Shown here: one piece after another, positions 27,227 through 38,450 of the stretch
Layout of the letters: each line of letters starts with the position of its first letter
Position numbering within the stretch: the first letter of the stretch is position 1
NCBI GenBank assembly: GCA_047967505.1
Contig: CM106538.1
DNA length: 64,000 nucleotides
Source: Dipteris shenzhenensis
Lineage: Eukaryota
Reading direction: 5' to 3' (one strand)
Translations under genes and position numbers: made by a program
Notes under the pieces: model-generated
What the model saw: the letters and a program-made list of their open reading frames with translations, nothing else
The model's database searches: none
Told to the model about the DNA's origin: nothing

Positions 27227-29434
27227 CCTTTCTGTGGGTTTGCCATTGTTTTGTCATTGCAGGTTGACATTTTCTTTTAGGCTAGATTTGCTCATATGGA
27301 TGCATAGTATATGCACATGAGTTAGATGCATTTTTATGCTTTGAGCCTTTGAGGTTTGGTGATATTACCTTCCACTTTGGCATACACATTTGGGTGCACT
27401 TGGTATTTGGTGTGAATTCTCTCTTATAGGTACTAGCATTTGGGATTTTGTTTCATTTGCATCATGGCATCCTCTTCCATGTCTGAAAAGGAGTTTTTCA
27501 TCATTAAAAAGTTTGATGGGACAAACTTTTCTTTGTGGAAAGAACAGATAAGGTATGCGCTTATTCAAAAGAAGCATATTAAACCCTTGGCAAGGATTGG
27601 AGCTAAGCATGTAGATATGTCTAAGGATGATTGGAATGACTTAGATGCATTAGCAAAGTCTATTGTTAGACTTCAACTTGTAGAGTCAGTTTATTTCACA
27701 GTAGTAAATGAGCAAACTATGGAAGATTTGTGGAAGAAATCATGTGCCACTTATGAGAAGTAAACTACCTCTAATAAAGTTTACCTCATAAAGAGGTTGT
27801 TTGAGCTGCAGATGAAGGAAGGGGTCTCCATTGCTTCCCACTTGAATGATTCAATATTTTTTTCAGCCAGCTTCAGGCTCAAAAGATGAGCAATATTCCT
27901 CTTGTGTTCATTGCCATCCTCATGGGATACCTTCTGTACAGCTATCATCAGTAACTTTGCACCTGGTGGAGTACTCAAGTTTGATGATGTTATGGGTAGC
28001 TTGTTGCCCAAGGAAATTATACGAAAGTCTATGAATGGAAACAAGCAAGATGCAGCCTTAAATGTGTAAAGGGGTAGATCACAGTTTAGGGGGAAGTCCC
28101 AAGAAAGAGCGAAGTCTTGTAGCAAATCCAGGGCACAAAACATTGACTATTACCATGGTGGCAAGAAGGGCCACATGAAAAAGGATTGCTACAAGCTGAA
28201 AAGAGAGCAAAAGGATAAGAAAAATAATGCAAATGGGGGTGCTTTGAGATGTATGTGGTCCCATGCCTACACGGTCGTTAGGCGGGGCTGAATACTATGC
28301 TATAGCTCGGAAGAGCGATGTGTTCCAGGTATTTTTAAAATGGCTAGATTTGGTTAAAAATCAGTCAAGTAGAATGTTTAAATGCCTACGGACTGACAAT
28401 GGTGGAGAGTATCTCTCTCATGACTTTCGGCATTTCTGTGATACACATGGGATTAAGAGGGAGCTCATGTCCCCTCAGACTCCAGAACAAAATCCAGTTA
28501 CAGAACATATGAACCGCACCATTTAGGAAAGGTTGCAATGTATGCTTTCCAATGCAAGTCTTTCTGGTGGTTTTTGGGTAGAGGCAATGAAGAATGCTGT
28601 GCATGTGATCAATAGATCACCTAGTAAGAGTTTGGATGGTGGTATTATTGAAGAGGTATGGAGTGGCAAGAAGCCCTCTTACTCTCATTTGTGTATATTT
28701 GGGTGTGAGGCATATGCACATGTGCCAAAATAGCTTCGAAGCTAGATCCTAAGTCTAGGAAATGCATCTTTTTGGGTTATGGTGAAAGTGGAGAGATGGG
28801 CTATCGTCTTTGGGATCAAGAAGCAAAGAAGATCATACAAAGCCATGATGTGGTCTTCAATGAGAAGAAGATGCATAAGACACCCATGAGGGATGTGAAA
28901 ATGAGGAGAATCCTTTCCAGGATGTGAACCTCCTACATATGTGAGTAGACAGCAAGCTGTCCATGCACCAAATGTGCAAGAAATGGTGCCACCAGATACC
29001 CCCACATACACAATCAAGGGCAGATGATGGGATCATCTATTGGTGGGAATGATGAGCCAAATGTGGCTTATGTAGGCAGGACAGCAAGTTGAAATGCCCT
29101 TGAGAAGATCATCTAGAGTGTTTAGACCACCTGAGAGATTTGTTCCAGGGGCAAACTATGTGATGCTTACTGATTGTGGGGAGTGTTCTTGCTACAGAGA
29201 GGCTATGATATGCGAGGATCATCGCAAGTGGGAGTATGCTATGCAATCATAGATGAATTCACTCATGAAGAATAAGACTTAGGACTTGGTTTCTTTACCA
29301 CATAGAAAGAAAGAATTGCCATGTAAATGGGTCTATAAGATGAAAGTAACAGGTGATGATGTGCTTAAGTACAAGGCCCGTTTGGTTGCTAAAGGGTTCA
29401 AGCAAGAGAAGAGTGTGGACTTTGATGAGATCTT
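26791..29434 (+). mobile_element. Degenerate Ty1/copia element (5' LTR about 26791-26972, PBS 26975-26986, gag, integrase, start of RT), interrupted at 29435 by the RAG-like transposon
   Basis: PBS tggtatcagagc. KFDGTNFSLWK (gag), CLRTDNGGEY (integrase), [19 protein letters not shown] (RT), which stops abruptly at the transposon end. Confidence 0.9.
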
Positions 29435-30155
29435 CATTAGGGGAGAATTGGGGTCTCAAAAGGGCCTCATAAGGAATGGATTAGGGAATGCTTAGTGGGC
29501 TAATGCAAGGGGCTTGGAGGGTCACAAAGAGGCCTAACCAGCTCAACCTAGGTGGGTTAAGCCCACATTGGAGCCCACCTCTCCCCCCATCAATGAGGGG
29601 AGGGGGCCACTTTTTGAAATTTGAATTTCAAATTTCGAATCTCCCTCCCTCCCTCTCTCTCTCTGTCTCTCTCTCTCTCTCCCTCCCTCTCTCTCCCTCC
29701 CTCCCTCCCTCCCTCCCTCCCTCCTCCTCCTCCCTCTCCCTCTCCCTCTCCCTCCCTCCCCCTCCCTCCTCCTCTCCCTTCCTTTGTTTTGCTCCTCCTC
29801 CTCCCTCTCGCCTCCTCCTCCTTCTGGCTCCTCCTCCTCCTTCTGGCGCCTCCTCCCTCCTTCCTCTCTCCTCCTTCTCTAGCCGCCCAAGATCCCTCTC
29901 CTCTGCTCCTCCCTCTTGCAGAATCTCTGCCCTCCTCCTCCCTCCTGTAGCATCTCTCCCCTCCTCCTCCCTTCTTCAGCAGCTCCATCCCTCCCTTCTA
30001 CACCTGTCACCCTACTCTTCTCCTCCTCTTCCTCTTGCCCTCATCTGCTTCTCCTCCTCCCTCTTCCTTGCTACTCTCTCCCTCTCACTGCTCCATCTTT
30101 GCTAGCTCTCCCCTACATTTTAGCCTGCATCACTGATACCTCTCTTTAAGTACTC

Positions 30156-33041
30156 ATGGCATCATTTGAGGACATATCCAACAAGTACCATGTGAACCTA
30201 CAACTAAAGGCAGAATATGCAAGCACACACGTGTTCTTTGGGATATAGTGGAACTCCTCAAAGTGTGCTCCACAGTCTTCGATTGCAAGGGAAGAAGCAT
30301 CTTGACCTTTGGGTGGATGGAAACTTGTATCCTTTAGACCTTGCCACCCAAAAGAGCCCTCCTTTTCATATAGTGCATGATGTTGTTCAGTTTGTTGGCA
30401 AGGGACATGTTGGATTGCTCGGTTATTGCAATCGATTGAACCATTCTCAGACATTGGCTATGCAAGCAAGCGAGGTGCAGAGAGCCCAAGCAGAAGAACT
30501 TGCACATTTGGGAAATATTACTATTGTGGCAATGCATAATAGTATGCAGGATCTCCAATTGCAAAACAAAGAACTCAGGAACAAAGAACATGCATTGGAC
30601 TTGGAGCGACATGAATTAGAAGAATCAATCTCGAAGCTTGCTGAAAGCAAACAAGATTTGGAAAGGTCTATCTATGGCCAAGTTCAACGTGTTGTGGAGA
30701 AGGAATGAGAGAAGTCGATAGAACAAGTACAAAAGTTGAAGGGAACCCCTTTGGGACTAAAGGAGAGGAAAAGACAATTGCAATCTATGGATGCATTGTC
30801 AACCAATAGTGGTGCCCGAAAGATGAGAATACGGGCTGCAAGGTTAGTTCCCCAAATTTTCAATGAAATTTCTTACCCCAAAATATTTGTGGTGTTGCAT
30901 TCTTTCCACTAAGACTCATTTGTACTCTACTTTAGGAATTTCATGGAGGATGTGATGGGAACAATGGAAATGGATGATAGTGATCCTTCATATGTTCTAA
31001 GAAGTTTAATAAAGCCAAGTGATGTCATGGAAGTGTTGAAGGACCCTAGACGAAAAGGGCTACGTAAACGAGTTGCTAGAGAGGTAATGAAGGATTTCAA
31101 GGGCCTCATCCAAGCAAAGGAGGTGCTTGGAGCTTGTGATGCTGCTGGTGTAAGTCGTGAAGCTTACAAGTCTATTTTAAAAATTTTGAAGTCTGCTATG
31201 GAGGAAAAGTATAAGATATCTACAATGCCATTGCCAACACCGTGGTCTGTAAGGCTTGCACGTCAAGAAACAAACCAATGTCTTGGAGAAAAGCTTGGAG
31301 GACACCATTTTGTAAGTGGCACAATGACTTGGAAGAGTAAAAAGAAATCTGGCATCCAAATGTTTGAGATGAATGCTTTCAATAATGTTTACGTGGATGT
31401 AGAGAATTTGCAGAGAGCCATGGTCAATTCTACGGGATGAGAGAAGAAGGTAAGAGAAATTCCCTCTTCATATTCAACTTTATTTCTTCTGATTTCTATA
31501 TCCTTACTGAATTTCTCTTTCATTGTACAGATGGCAAGCTAGTATTTGTTATAAAAATGGATGAAGCTCAGTTGGTAAAAGAGCACAAGCTAGAGAGGGT
31601 GAGCATTTGTATTATGAACAATGCCTTGCATTTTTCTCAAGGGGATGAGGAAGTTGAGTAGGGTTTCTCAGTCCAATCTGAGAGGGACATATGGTGGCTT
31701 GCAACCTTGGAGACCCCAAAGGAGTGCCATGAGACATTGAAGGGGGTTTTGGAGAGAAACGGCATCCCATCGATTATTTGAAGACAAAAGGCAGGGCAAA
31801 CATTAATTGTGGATGGGCATGGAACGTTTCAAGTTGAATAGCATCTAGTTGGTGATTTGAAGACCCTCAAGTGCTTGTATGGTTGTGATATAGGTGTAGA
31901 TGCAAAATGGACATGCTTGTATTGCACCCACTCTCAGAAGATGCAAAAGGGAAGCCTACAGTGGGAAAATGGCATCCTTTCTTGCAACCAAAGTGCAGCC
32001 CCTGATCGTCACAAAACGGATCCTAAGTGGGACCCCATTCTACCAATTCCATTGGAGCACACGTGTGTACTTTGCATGCTGAACTACATATACTTGATAA
32101 GTTACTCTATCTCCATCTAGTTTATGCTTGGACTTTGAGGCCACAACAAGTATTTGCACAATGCATTGCAAAAGCTAAAGAACTACTCTCACTGATGGGA
32201 CTTCATGGAGGCAATGTGAAGCTTAAGCAGGACCAAGAAACAATCAAGAAAGACACAAAATCTTCCTGCTAAAGTGTCCATGGGTGGAGGAAAGGCAAGG
32301 AGGTTCTTGTCCAACCATAATGCTAATAAAGAAAAACATACATTGGCTCAAAGCACCCTAGGTTGGGAGTACAGGAAAGATTTGTGTGAGTGCACCACAA
32401 ATTAAGCTTCACATCCACGAATTGCTACTTTGAGAGCAAAACTGTGGACAAATCTTGATGCATTTATAAAGTTGCTTCGACAAGGTCAAACAAATGAGCT
32501 TTATTATGAGAGATTACGGACAGCATTGGGAGAATTCATATCATTGATGGTAGAAGCATGGGGGGAGTCACATATTACACATTACATGGTAATCCTCCTT
32601 AGGTTGAAATTTTGTGCTTTAAACTTGAGTCAGTTTATGTTTCTAGTACAATGTTTTTCTTTACAGCATATTCTTTACGCACATGCACCATGGTTTGTGG
32701 AGCAATGGGGCCCTCTATCCATTTGGAATACTCAAGGAATGGAGAAATCACACTACAGAGCAAAGGCAGCATACTTCAAGAATACAAGGCATGAGGGTGG
32801 TATCGCGTGAAGTAATGCACTACACAAAATGTTCGATTGGTTTTATAGATGTCTAGAGGCGAGGACTCTCAAGCACGATAAGGTAGAGGTCTCAAGTCTC
32901 GCAAAAGTGGTTCAACATGTCAAGAAGACAAGGAGATGTGCTGCTTGGAAGTCCTCAATAGGGAGCCAAGGGATTGCACTTTGGTTGCAACGTAGAGTCA
33001 GACAGGGGAGGTGTTGGGTCCTAAGAGAGCCCCAAATGTAA
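30156..33041 (+). pseudogene. RAG1/Transib-like DDE transposase with introns at about 30843-30936, 31450-31530 and 32589-32666; several stops and frameshifts
   Basis: Motifs in RAG1 order: LGACDAAGVSREAYKSI...PWSVRLA; VFVIKMD (D at 31560); KECHETL; GDLK (D at 31854)...CLYC; TLHAEL; MGGGKARRFL; HYM|HILYAHAPWFVEQWGPLSIWNTQGMEKSH (H 32667, H 32682, E 32742). Confidence 0.85.
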
Positions 33042-33320
33042 AATGTTTGATGAATAAAGTTAACACTATTTTGAGTCAATTATAGATTCCAAAATTCACA
33101 AATTTGTTTGGAAATTGCAGAATTGCATGTGCGACATGGCAGGGCGGAGGGGTGAATGGGTTGGGACGGAGGGTGGTGAAGATTAAGTATTACCGAACTG
33201 GCGACAATAGACTGGGGGGGAGGAGGTGCACTCAAAAAACCCTAATTTAAAAGAAAAACCCTAAAGTGCTTTAAAAAAGACTATATAAAGCACTTAAAAA
33301 TCCTAAAATCCCTCATTTCT

Positions 33321-35552
33321 ATGGCACGAGTTAAACAAACTGCTAGACCCACTAGATGCCATTTAGATGCTACCCATTGTCCTCCTCACAATGCCATGGC
33401 CTTCGAACACACTGCAAGCCCCAGTGACCAAGAGGGCAATGATCAAGGAGGGCTACGAGGACATGGCTCGACTCCGTAGGTACTTAGCACTTTGGTCCAA
33501 GTAGATGGTTGGCGTTTGAGGCAACTGTGGTAAGTCTACTTCTTCTCATTTAATGTATTGTTCTATTCGTTTTACTACATATTGCATGCACTTTATCCAA
33601 CTCTCGTAAATTGGGCCCATAGCAAGTTGTGATGGGTCACCTTTCCACAGACATAGAGATAAGATGCGGGTTCTGCATAGGAATAAAGCCGTGGTTTATT
33701 GAGCAAGAGGTGCGGGGAGTGATGGTCAATTGGGCTGAGGTGGCTACTTGCACAGTATAAGTCTACTCCTACGTGTAATCTCACTTTTTAAACTGTTTTA
33801 TTCTTTAAGTTCCAATCTAATTTCCAATTAATATGGTTTCACTCTTAGAATCAAAGCTTGAACGTCGCATCAGTGGAGGTGAGTAGTGATGATGAGGGAT
33901 TACGCTTACACGGCTTTGATGAGGGGGGCCAAGGGTCACACATAGCTCACGAGGACCAGGGATCAGGCGCAGCTCACAAGGGCCAGGAATGAGGCCAGCG
34001 CGATGAGCATACGGATGAGGATGAGGATGACGATGCAGATGAGCAACAGTAGTAGTAGTTTGCATATACTTTGCCATGTATATGCTTCTGTATGTCGGCT
34101 CGTTTGAGCAATTTTGTATCACCCTTTTCGAAAGGGTAATTTTGTAACAAACAATGTTGTATATCTTCAACATGTATATGTTTTTGTCGCTCGACTCGTT
34201 TGAGCGATTTTGTATCACCCTTTCCACAAGGGAAATTTTGTAACAAAAAACATTCTTTTGTAATTACTGAAAAAAAAGCATTAATGGGCAAAACAGGGCT
34301 TGCTATAGCCCTGTTAAGCCCCACTAATGTTTTTTTAAAGCTTCAGTTAATCGTTGCTATATAGCGATGTTTACCAGTGTCGCTATATAGTGACGTTTAC
34401 CAATGTCACTATATAGCGACACTTATATAGAGACTGTTATTTTTTGACGCTAATAGCAACATAAATACCGACCTTTGCATTCGTTTGAAAAAAAAAAAAT
34501 TAGTGTAAAAAAGGTCGGTATTTTCGTTGAAAAAGGGCCTGTGCCTTGTAATGAGTGAGGATAAAAGATCTGAAGGCGGTTCTCATCATTAGGAGTCCAA
34601 GCAATGTGAGTCCCCACCATCCGAATCTCATGGGGGATCCCAAGGATCTCAGCACCATGAGGAATCCTAGCACGATGAAGGATCCAAGCACGATGAGGGG
34701 TCCTCTCAGTCCTTCCACACAACTAACCATGGAAGTAGAGAGGTCTCCCAAGAGGGGCAAAATAGTCCAGTCAATCCTGATCAATTGCCCCTCCCTCCTC
34801 CGTGGGGTCTTGGCGTGGAGCATCTAGACCAATAAGGGGAGCAAGAAAGGCAAAGAGAGGAGATGGAGAGATTACAGGGGCCATGACAAGAGGAAGTATT
34901 TGGCGGGCTCATAGATATAATGAACCTTGGCCCCAATCCTCCAACCAAGCAGACCGCACGAAAGAGCACCATCAATCCTCTGTGCCTTGATATTATCAGA
35001 TATGAGGAGCCTCTAGTACGAGCTGAGCAAGAGCCTTAGCCTGCTATCTCACAGCCTCGTGAAAAGGAAAAGAGACCAAGGACAAAGCAGATCCCTAGGT
35101 GCAAGAGGCCACCTTGAATGACCCAGCAGACACAGGAAGAGGAGTCTGAAGAGGTGGTTGCAAGGGAGGAGAGGTGAAAGAAGTTCAAAGCGGACAAGCG
35201 GCCATGGAGCCATGTCCAAAGGCTAGTGCAGGGTCCCCCAAAGATTAAGAGGTGCAAAAAATCAGGAGTGAAGGCACTTCAGGAGATCCACAAGTTCCAA
35301 ACCGCTGTGAACAATCTCATTCCCCGTGCACCCTTCCAGCATGTTGTACGTGAAATAGCACAACATTACAAGAGTGATGTGCGTTTCACTTCAGGCACTA
35401 TGGGAGCAATTCAGGAGGCAACAGAGTAGATGATAGTAGGTCTTTTTGAAGATGCAAACTTATGTGCTATCCATGCCAAAAGAGTAATAGTGATGGACAA
35501 GGACCTTGCACTCGCCAAGCGCATTTGCTCCAATGCCTCCCTTAGGCCTTAG
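33321..35552 (+). pseudogene. Giant histone H3 variant: long N-terminal region with three H3-tail motifs, then an H3 histone fold
   Basis: ATG at 33321 gives MARVKQTARP, after telo-boxes (aaaccctaa) and TATA ctatataaag (33281). In one frame: TKQTARKST (34944-34970), RTKQIPR (35079-35099), and fold ALQEIHKFQ..LIPRAPFQHVVREIAQHYKSDVRF...[37 protein letters not shown] (to 35552). The exon path between 33480 and 34550 is uncertain. Confidence 0.8.
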
Positions 35553-35732
35553 ATGTTGTTTAGGTTCATTTGGTGTAACCTGAATCATTTTGTAAATCTC
35601 TACCCTTTGAGGCCAATGAATAAAAGATATTTTTATGTTCTATTACTGTTCTCATGTTATTATACATGTTACGTGTTGCTTTCCATCAGTTTATGCAAGT
35701 TCAGTGTGAATTTGAGTGGTCAAATGATGTTT

Positions 35733-35880
35733 TTTCACCGTGGTGCAGAAGGCAAATGTGTTCAGTATCGCGTGGGGAGCCCACAAGTCAAACAGGCCCC
35801 ATATGGACCATAGCGGGTTTTGCCATTTTTGGGCTCCCCGCACGATGCCAAACACATTTGCCTTCTGCCGCGTGGTGAGA
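35733..35880. repeat. Long imperfect inverted repeat between convergent genes of copy A
   Basis: tcaccgtggtgcagaaggcaaatgtgtt...ggggagccca pairs with tgggctcccc...aacacatttgccttctgccgcgtggtga. Homologous to 56917-57117. Confidence 0.85.
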
Positions 35881-36101
35881 TTCTTACTAGATTGCTCAGA
35901 AATGACCATTATAGTGCAAATATTTATCTGATCGCATGCTTTTGAACAGAATAGTGAATGAAAATATTAATGCCAACAACAATTAAAGTTACAAAATACA
36001 ATGACAGTATAAAATAAAATTTGTAAAAGAACACAAAATGGGGCATTGTATAAAAAGCATAGATGTATTCATATAAAATAAAATTTCTATACAATAAGGC
36101 G

Positions 36102-37566
36102 TCAGAGCCTTTCTCTCTTCTCTAAAACATTGAGAACATCAGGCTTTGAATTCCCAAATACACTCCTAGCTCTAAACCTAGTCGATAGAGAGTCAATGCT
36201 ATTGTTGTTGCTGGCTAGGGACATGGATGCTACCGTCAATGCCATACCTTGAAAATTGGTCCTAAAGGCATAGAGGGCAACCATGCGGTTCACCAAAATG
36301 ACCTTGTCAGCATTGCGATTGATGTCAGCATGACCAATCACTCTTGACAAGGCCTTGCACTTCAGGAGGTCATCAGTGCCATGTGGAGAAAAATTTTTGT
36401 GGATAACCACAAAGTGCCCTTTTGCTTGGCCAAGGTAATGTGCCAGTGAGTGATGTCGGCCGAAGCTACTGTGAACAAGGCGTTGCCAAGATGAGAATAG
36501 GTCGACCTCAAATGCCTCCTGCAACAGTCCAACATTACATTAGAATTCCATTAAAGCAAAAGTATACCAAGAGAGAAGAAATTCAAAGCTCATAGTTTCT
36601 TACCACTATGGAGTCATCATGCTCAATCCCTTCCTCTTTGTTAATGAGGATGGATCCAGAGGCCTCCTCTGTTTGGAGTGAGATGTGGAGGCTTCTTCTA
36701 GAACATCAGGTAGGTCAGAGTAGATTGATGTCTCTACATCTTTGATTTGGGCCAGTGTTAAAGCAAGAACCTCTTCTATTGAATCATCTGCTCCCAAAAA
36801 CCCAGGTTCTTGCATTGTCGTGTCCACCTCGTATCCACACAAGATACCAAGAGCTTCATCCTCCCAGAGACCAAACATAACCTCTATTTCATGGAGAAAG
36901 AGGTATTGTTTCCCATCGACAAGAAGGGGAGCAAGAAACCATATCATTGTTGTGGGGTCAACAGAGGTGGTGCCCGAGGTGGATGGAACTTGAGAAGTAG
37001 AATGTGGTTCAGGAGGTCGTTGGAGCACTTCTAGGGCCAATGCAGCTTCCTGCTCCTCAACTTCTTCATATATGGGCTCTTCATTGTAGATATTGTGCTC
37101 AAAAAGGGTAGGGGCAGGGTCAAGGGCTTGAGGTCGAGGCCTCCTCTTCCATTTTTCCCTCCTGGAGAAGGAAAATAAAGGTCATTTCCTAGGATAGGAA
37201 CCTATTTCCTGTGTTTTCGATGACTCCACATGCTAGGAGGCCATCAGTGTCCACCTCCCTAAACCCTAGGGGTGTGAGCTGGGCTCTAAAGCGATCTAAA
37301 CGCTTCACGAACCTGGGTTTTTGATTGAACAAGTACTTCAAATAATCAATTGGGACCCATCTTTTTGTAGGCTCATCAAGTTGATATGCAAAACTCGCGA
37401 TGTAGTCTTGCATGTACTTGATGAGGTCTTCAAAATCATCTCGGGCTCCCAAGTAGGTGCCTAGGACATCTATGCTCTTATCAAAGACTGGAAATAACTC
37501 CTCCTCTCTATCAATTAATGGAGTATGGGAGATGAAATCATGGAAGGTAGACCTAGCAGAATCCAT
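36102..37566 (-). pseudogene. Transposon cargo gene of unknown function (ORF2), homolog of 55177-56678
   Basis: MDSARSTFHDFIS...DVLGTY...RWVPIDY, PLLVDGKQYLFL and FGRHHSLAHYL...LKCKAL all align with copy B; one stop. Confidence 0.8.
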
Positions 37567-37780
37567 GGTAGTTTGGTAGCTAGGAGAACTATGGCTATGA
37601 TAGTGAAACTTTGAAACTAAAGTAACTTTATAACCTATATATACCCAAATGTTCTAAATATAAAAAATAAAAAGAATTATAAATTTTTTGGGATTGACAT
37701 GAAACAAAACCATTCAAAACGTCAAAATCAATTGCACCACTATTAATTGGAAAATGTCAAAATCCACAATTGTTCCAGCC

Positions 37781-37893
37781 CACATTTTCTAGACAATCTT
37801 CAATATTGCAGGAGGGATAAAAGTGGCACTATGCATGAGCTTCTCTGCACGCTTTCCTACCTTTTCACCATTTAAGGTAAAGTGAAAGGACTC
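37781..37893 (-). pseudogene. C-terminal fragment of the BAH-like plus ubiquitin-like cargo gene (truncation point of copy A)
   Basis: Reverse complement gagtcctttcactttaccttaaatggtg...atgcatagtgccac...ttgaagattg matches 54781-54890. Confidence 0.75.
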
Positions 37894-37936
37894 AGACCAC
37901 CGATAACCGGTTTACATTTGTGCTTGTCGCCCAATC

Positions 37937-38450
37937 ATGACTATCAGGTACCTCAAGTTCTTTGACTTCGTAGAAGAGGATGCCGATGTGCATGTAATGT
38001 TGTTTGAAAGTGCATGGCAAGCTAATGTTCCAATGGTGCAACAAATGGAACCCATCAAAATGGTGACATTTCTAGTGACTCTCCACAGCGTAGCTATGAT
38101 TTGGGCTGCACAATATGATATCACCCCATTCCCAAATTTTTCTACCCTTCTTGCAGCCTTTTTACTTCATTGTACCACATAGAAAAGATGGTGGTTCATG
38201 TCCTCACAAAGCTTGGATGTGTGGACCAATGAGATCTCACATTGGATAACTACGTCACCAAGTTTTGCACAATCGCTAGTCACCTACCACAAGCACAACG
38301 CCTCGCCTAGGAAATATTGAATTCCTACTTCATGCATGGCTTAAAGCAAAAACTAAAGCAAGCTATTGCCTCTTCAAATATGACAACGTTGAACTTTGAC
38401 AACCTTGTTGACGATGCTTGCCTTGCTGAACACATGCTAGTCCACATGAA
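37937..38450 (+). pseudogene. Ty3/gypsy gag remnant
   Basis: KF...EDADVHVMLFESAWQAN...FLVTL...AMIW...YFMHGL resembles the retrotransposon gag capsid pattern. Confidence 0.55.

Larger units (their letters stand above)
29435..37893 (+). mobile_element. RAG1/Transib-like DNA transposon, copy A (left end intact, right part truncated)
   Basis: Starts with CATTAGGGGAGAATTGGGGTCTCAAAAGGGCCTC (33/34 identical to 52870-52903) exactly where the copia RT breaks. Contains the transposase, the H3-like gene, the hairpin, and two minus-strand genes homologous to copy B. Confidence 0.8.

Noticed and set aside
29488-30149. Pro/Ser/Leu-rich ORFs here, and similar ones at 53160-53653 and 8566-9106
   Set aside because: Translations of CT-rich or AC microsatellite tracts.
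34050-34510. Separate MITE inside the H3-like gene
   Set aside because: AT-rich with local duplications, but I could not define TIRs or a TSD; it may simply be an intron.
35226-35552. Host centromeric histone CENH3 gene
   Set aside because: Loop 1 has canonical length, Q68 and F84 are retained, there is an in-frame stop, and it lies inside a transposon. A divergent TE-borne H3 fits better, although LIPRAPF and EDAN are CENH3-like.
36102-37566. RAG2-like gene, since it is convergent with the RAG1-like gene
   Set aside because: No kelch GG repeats or PHD Cys/His pattern visible in either copy.
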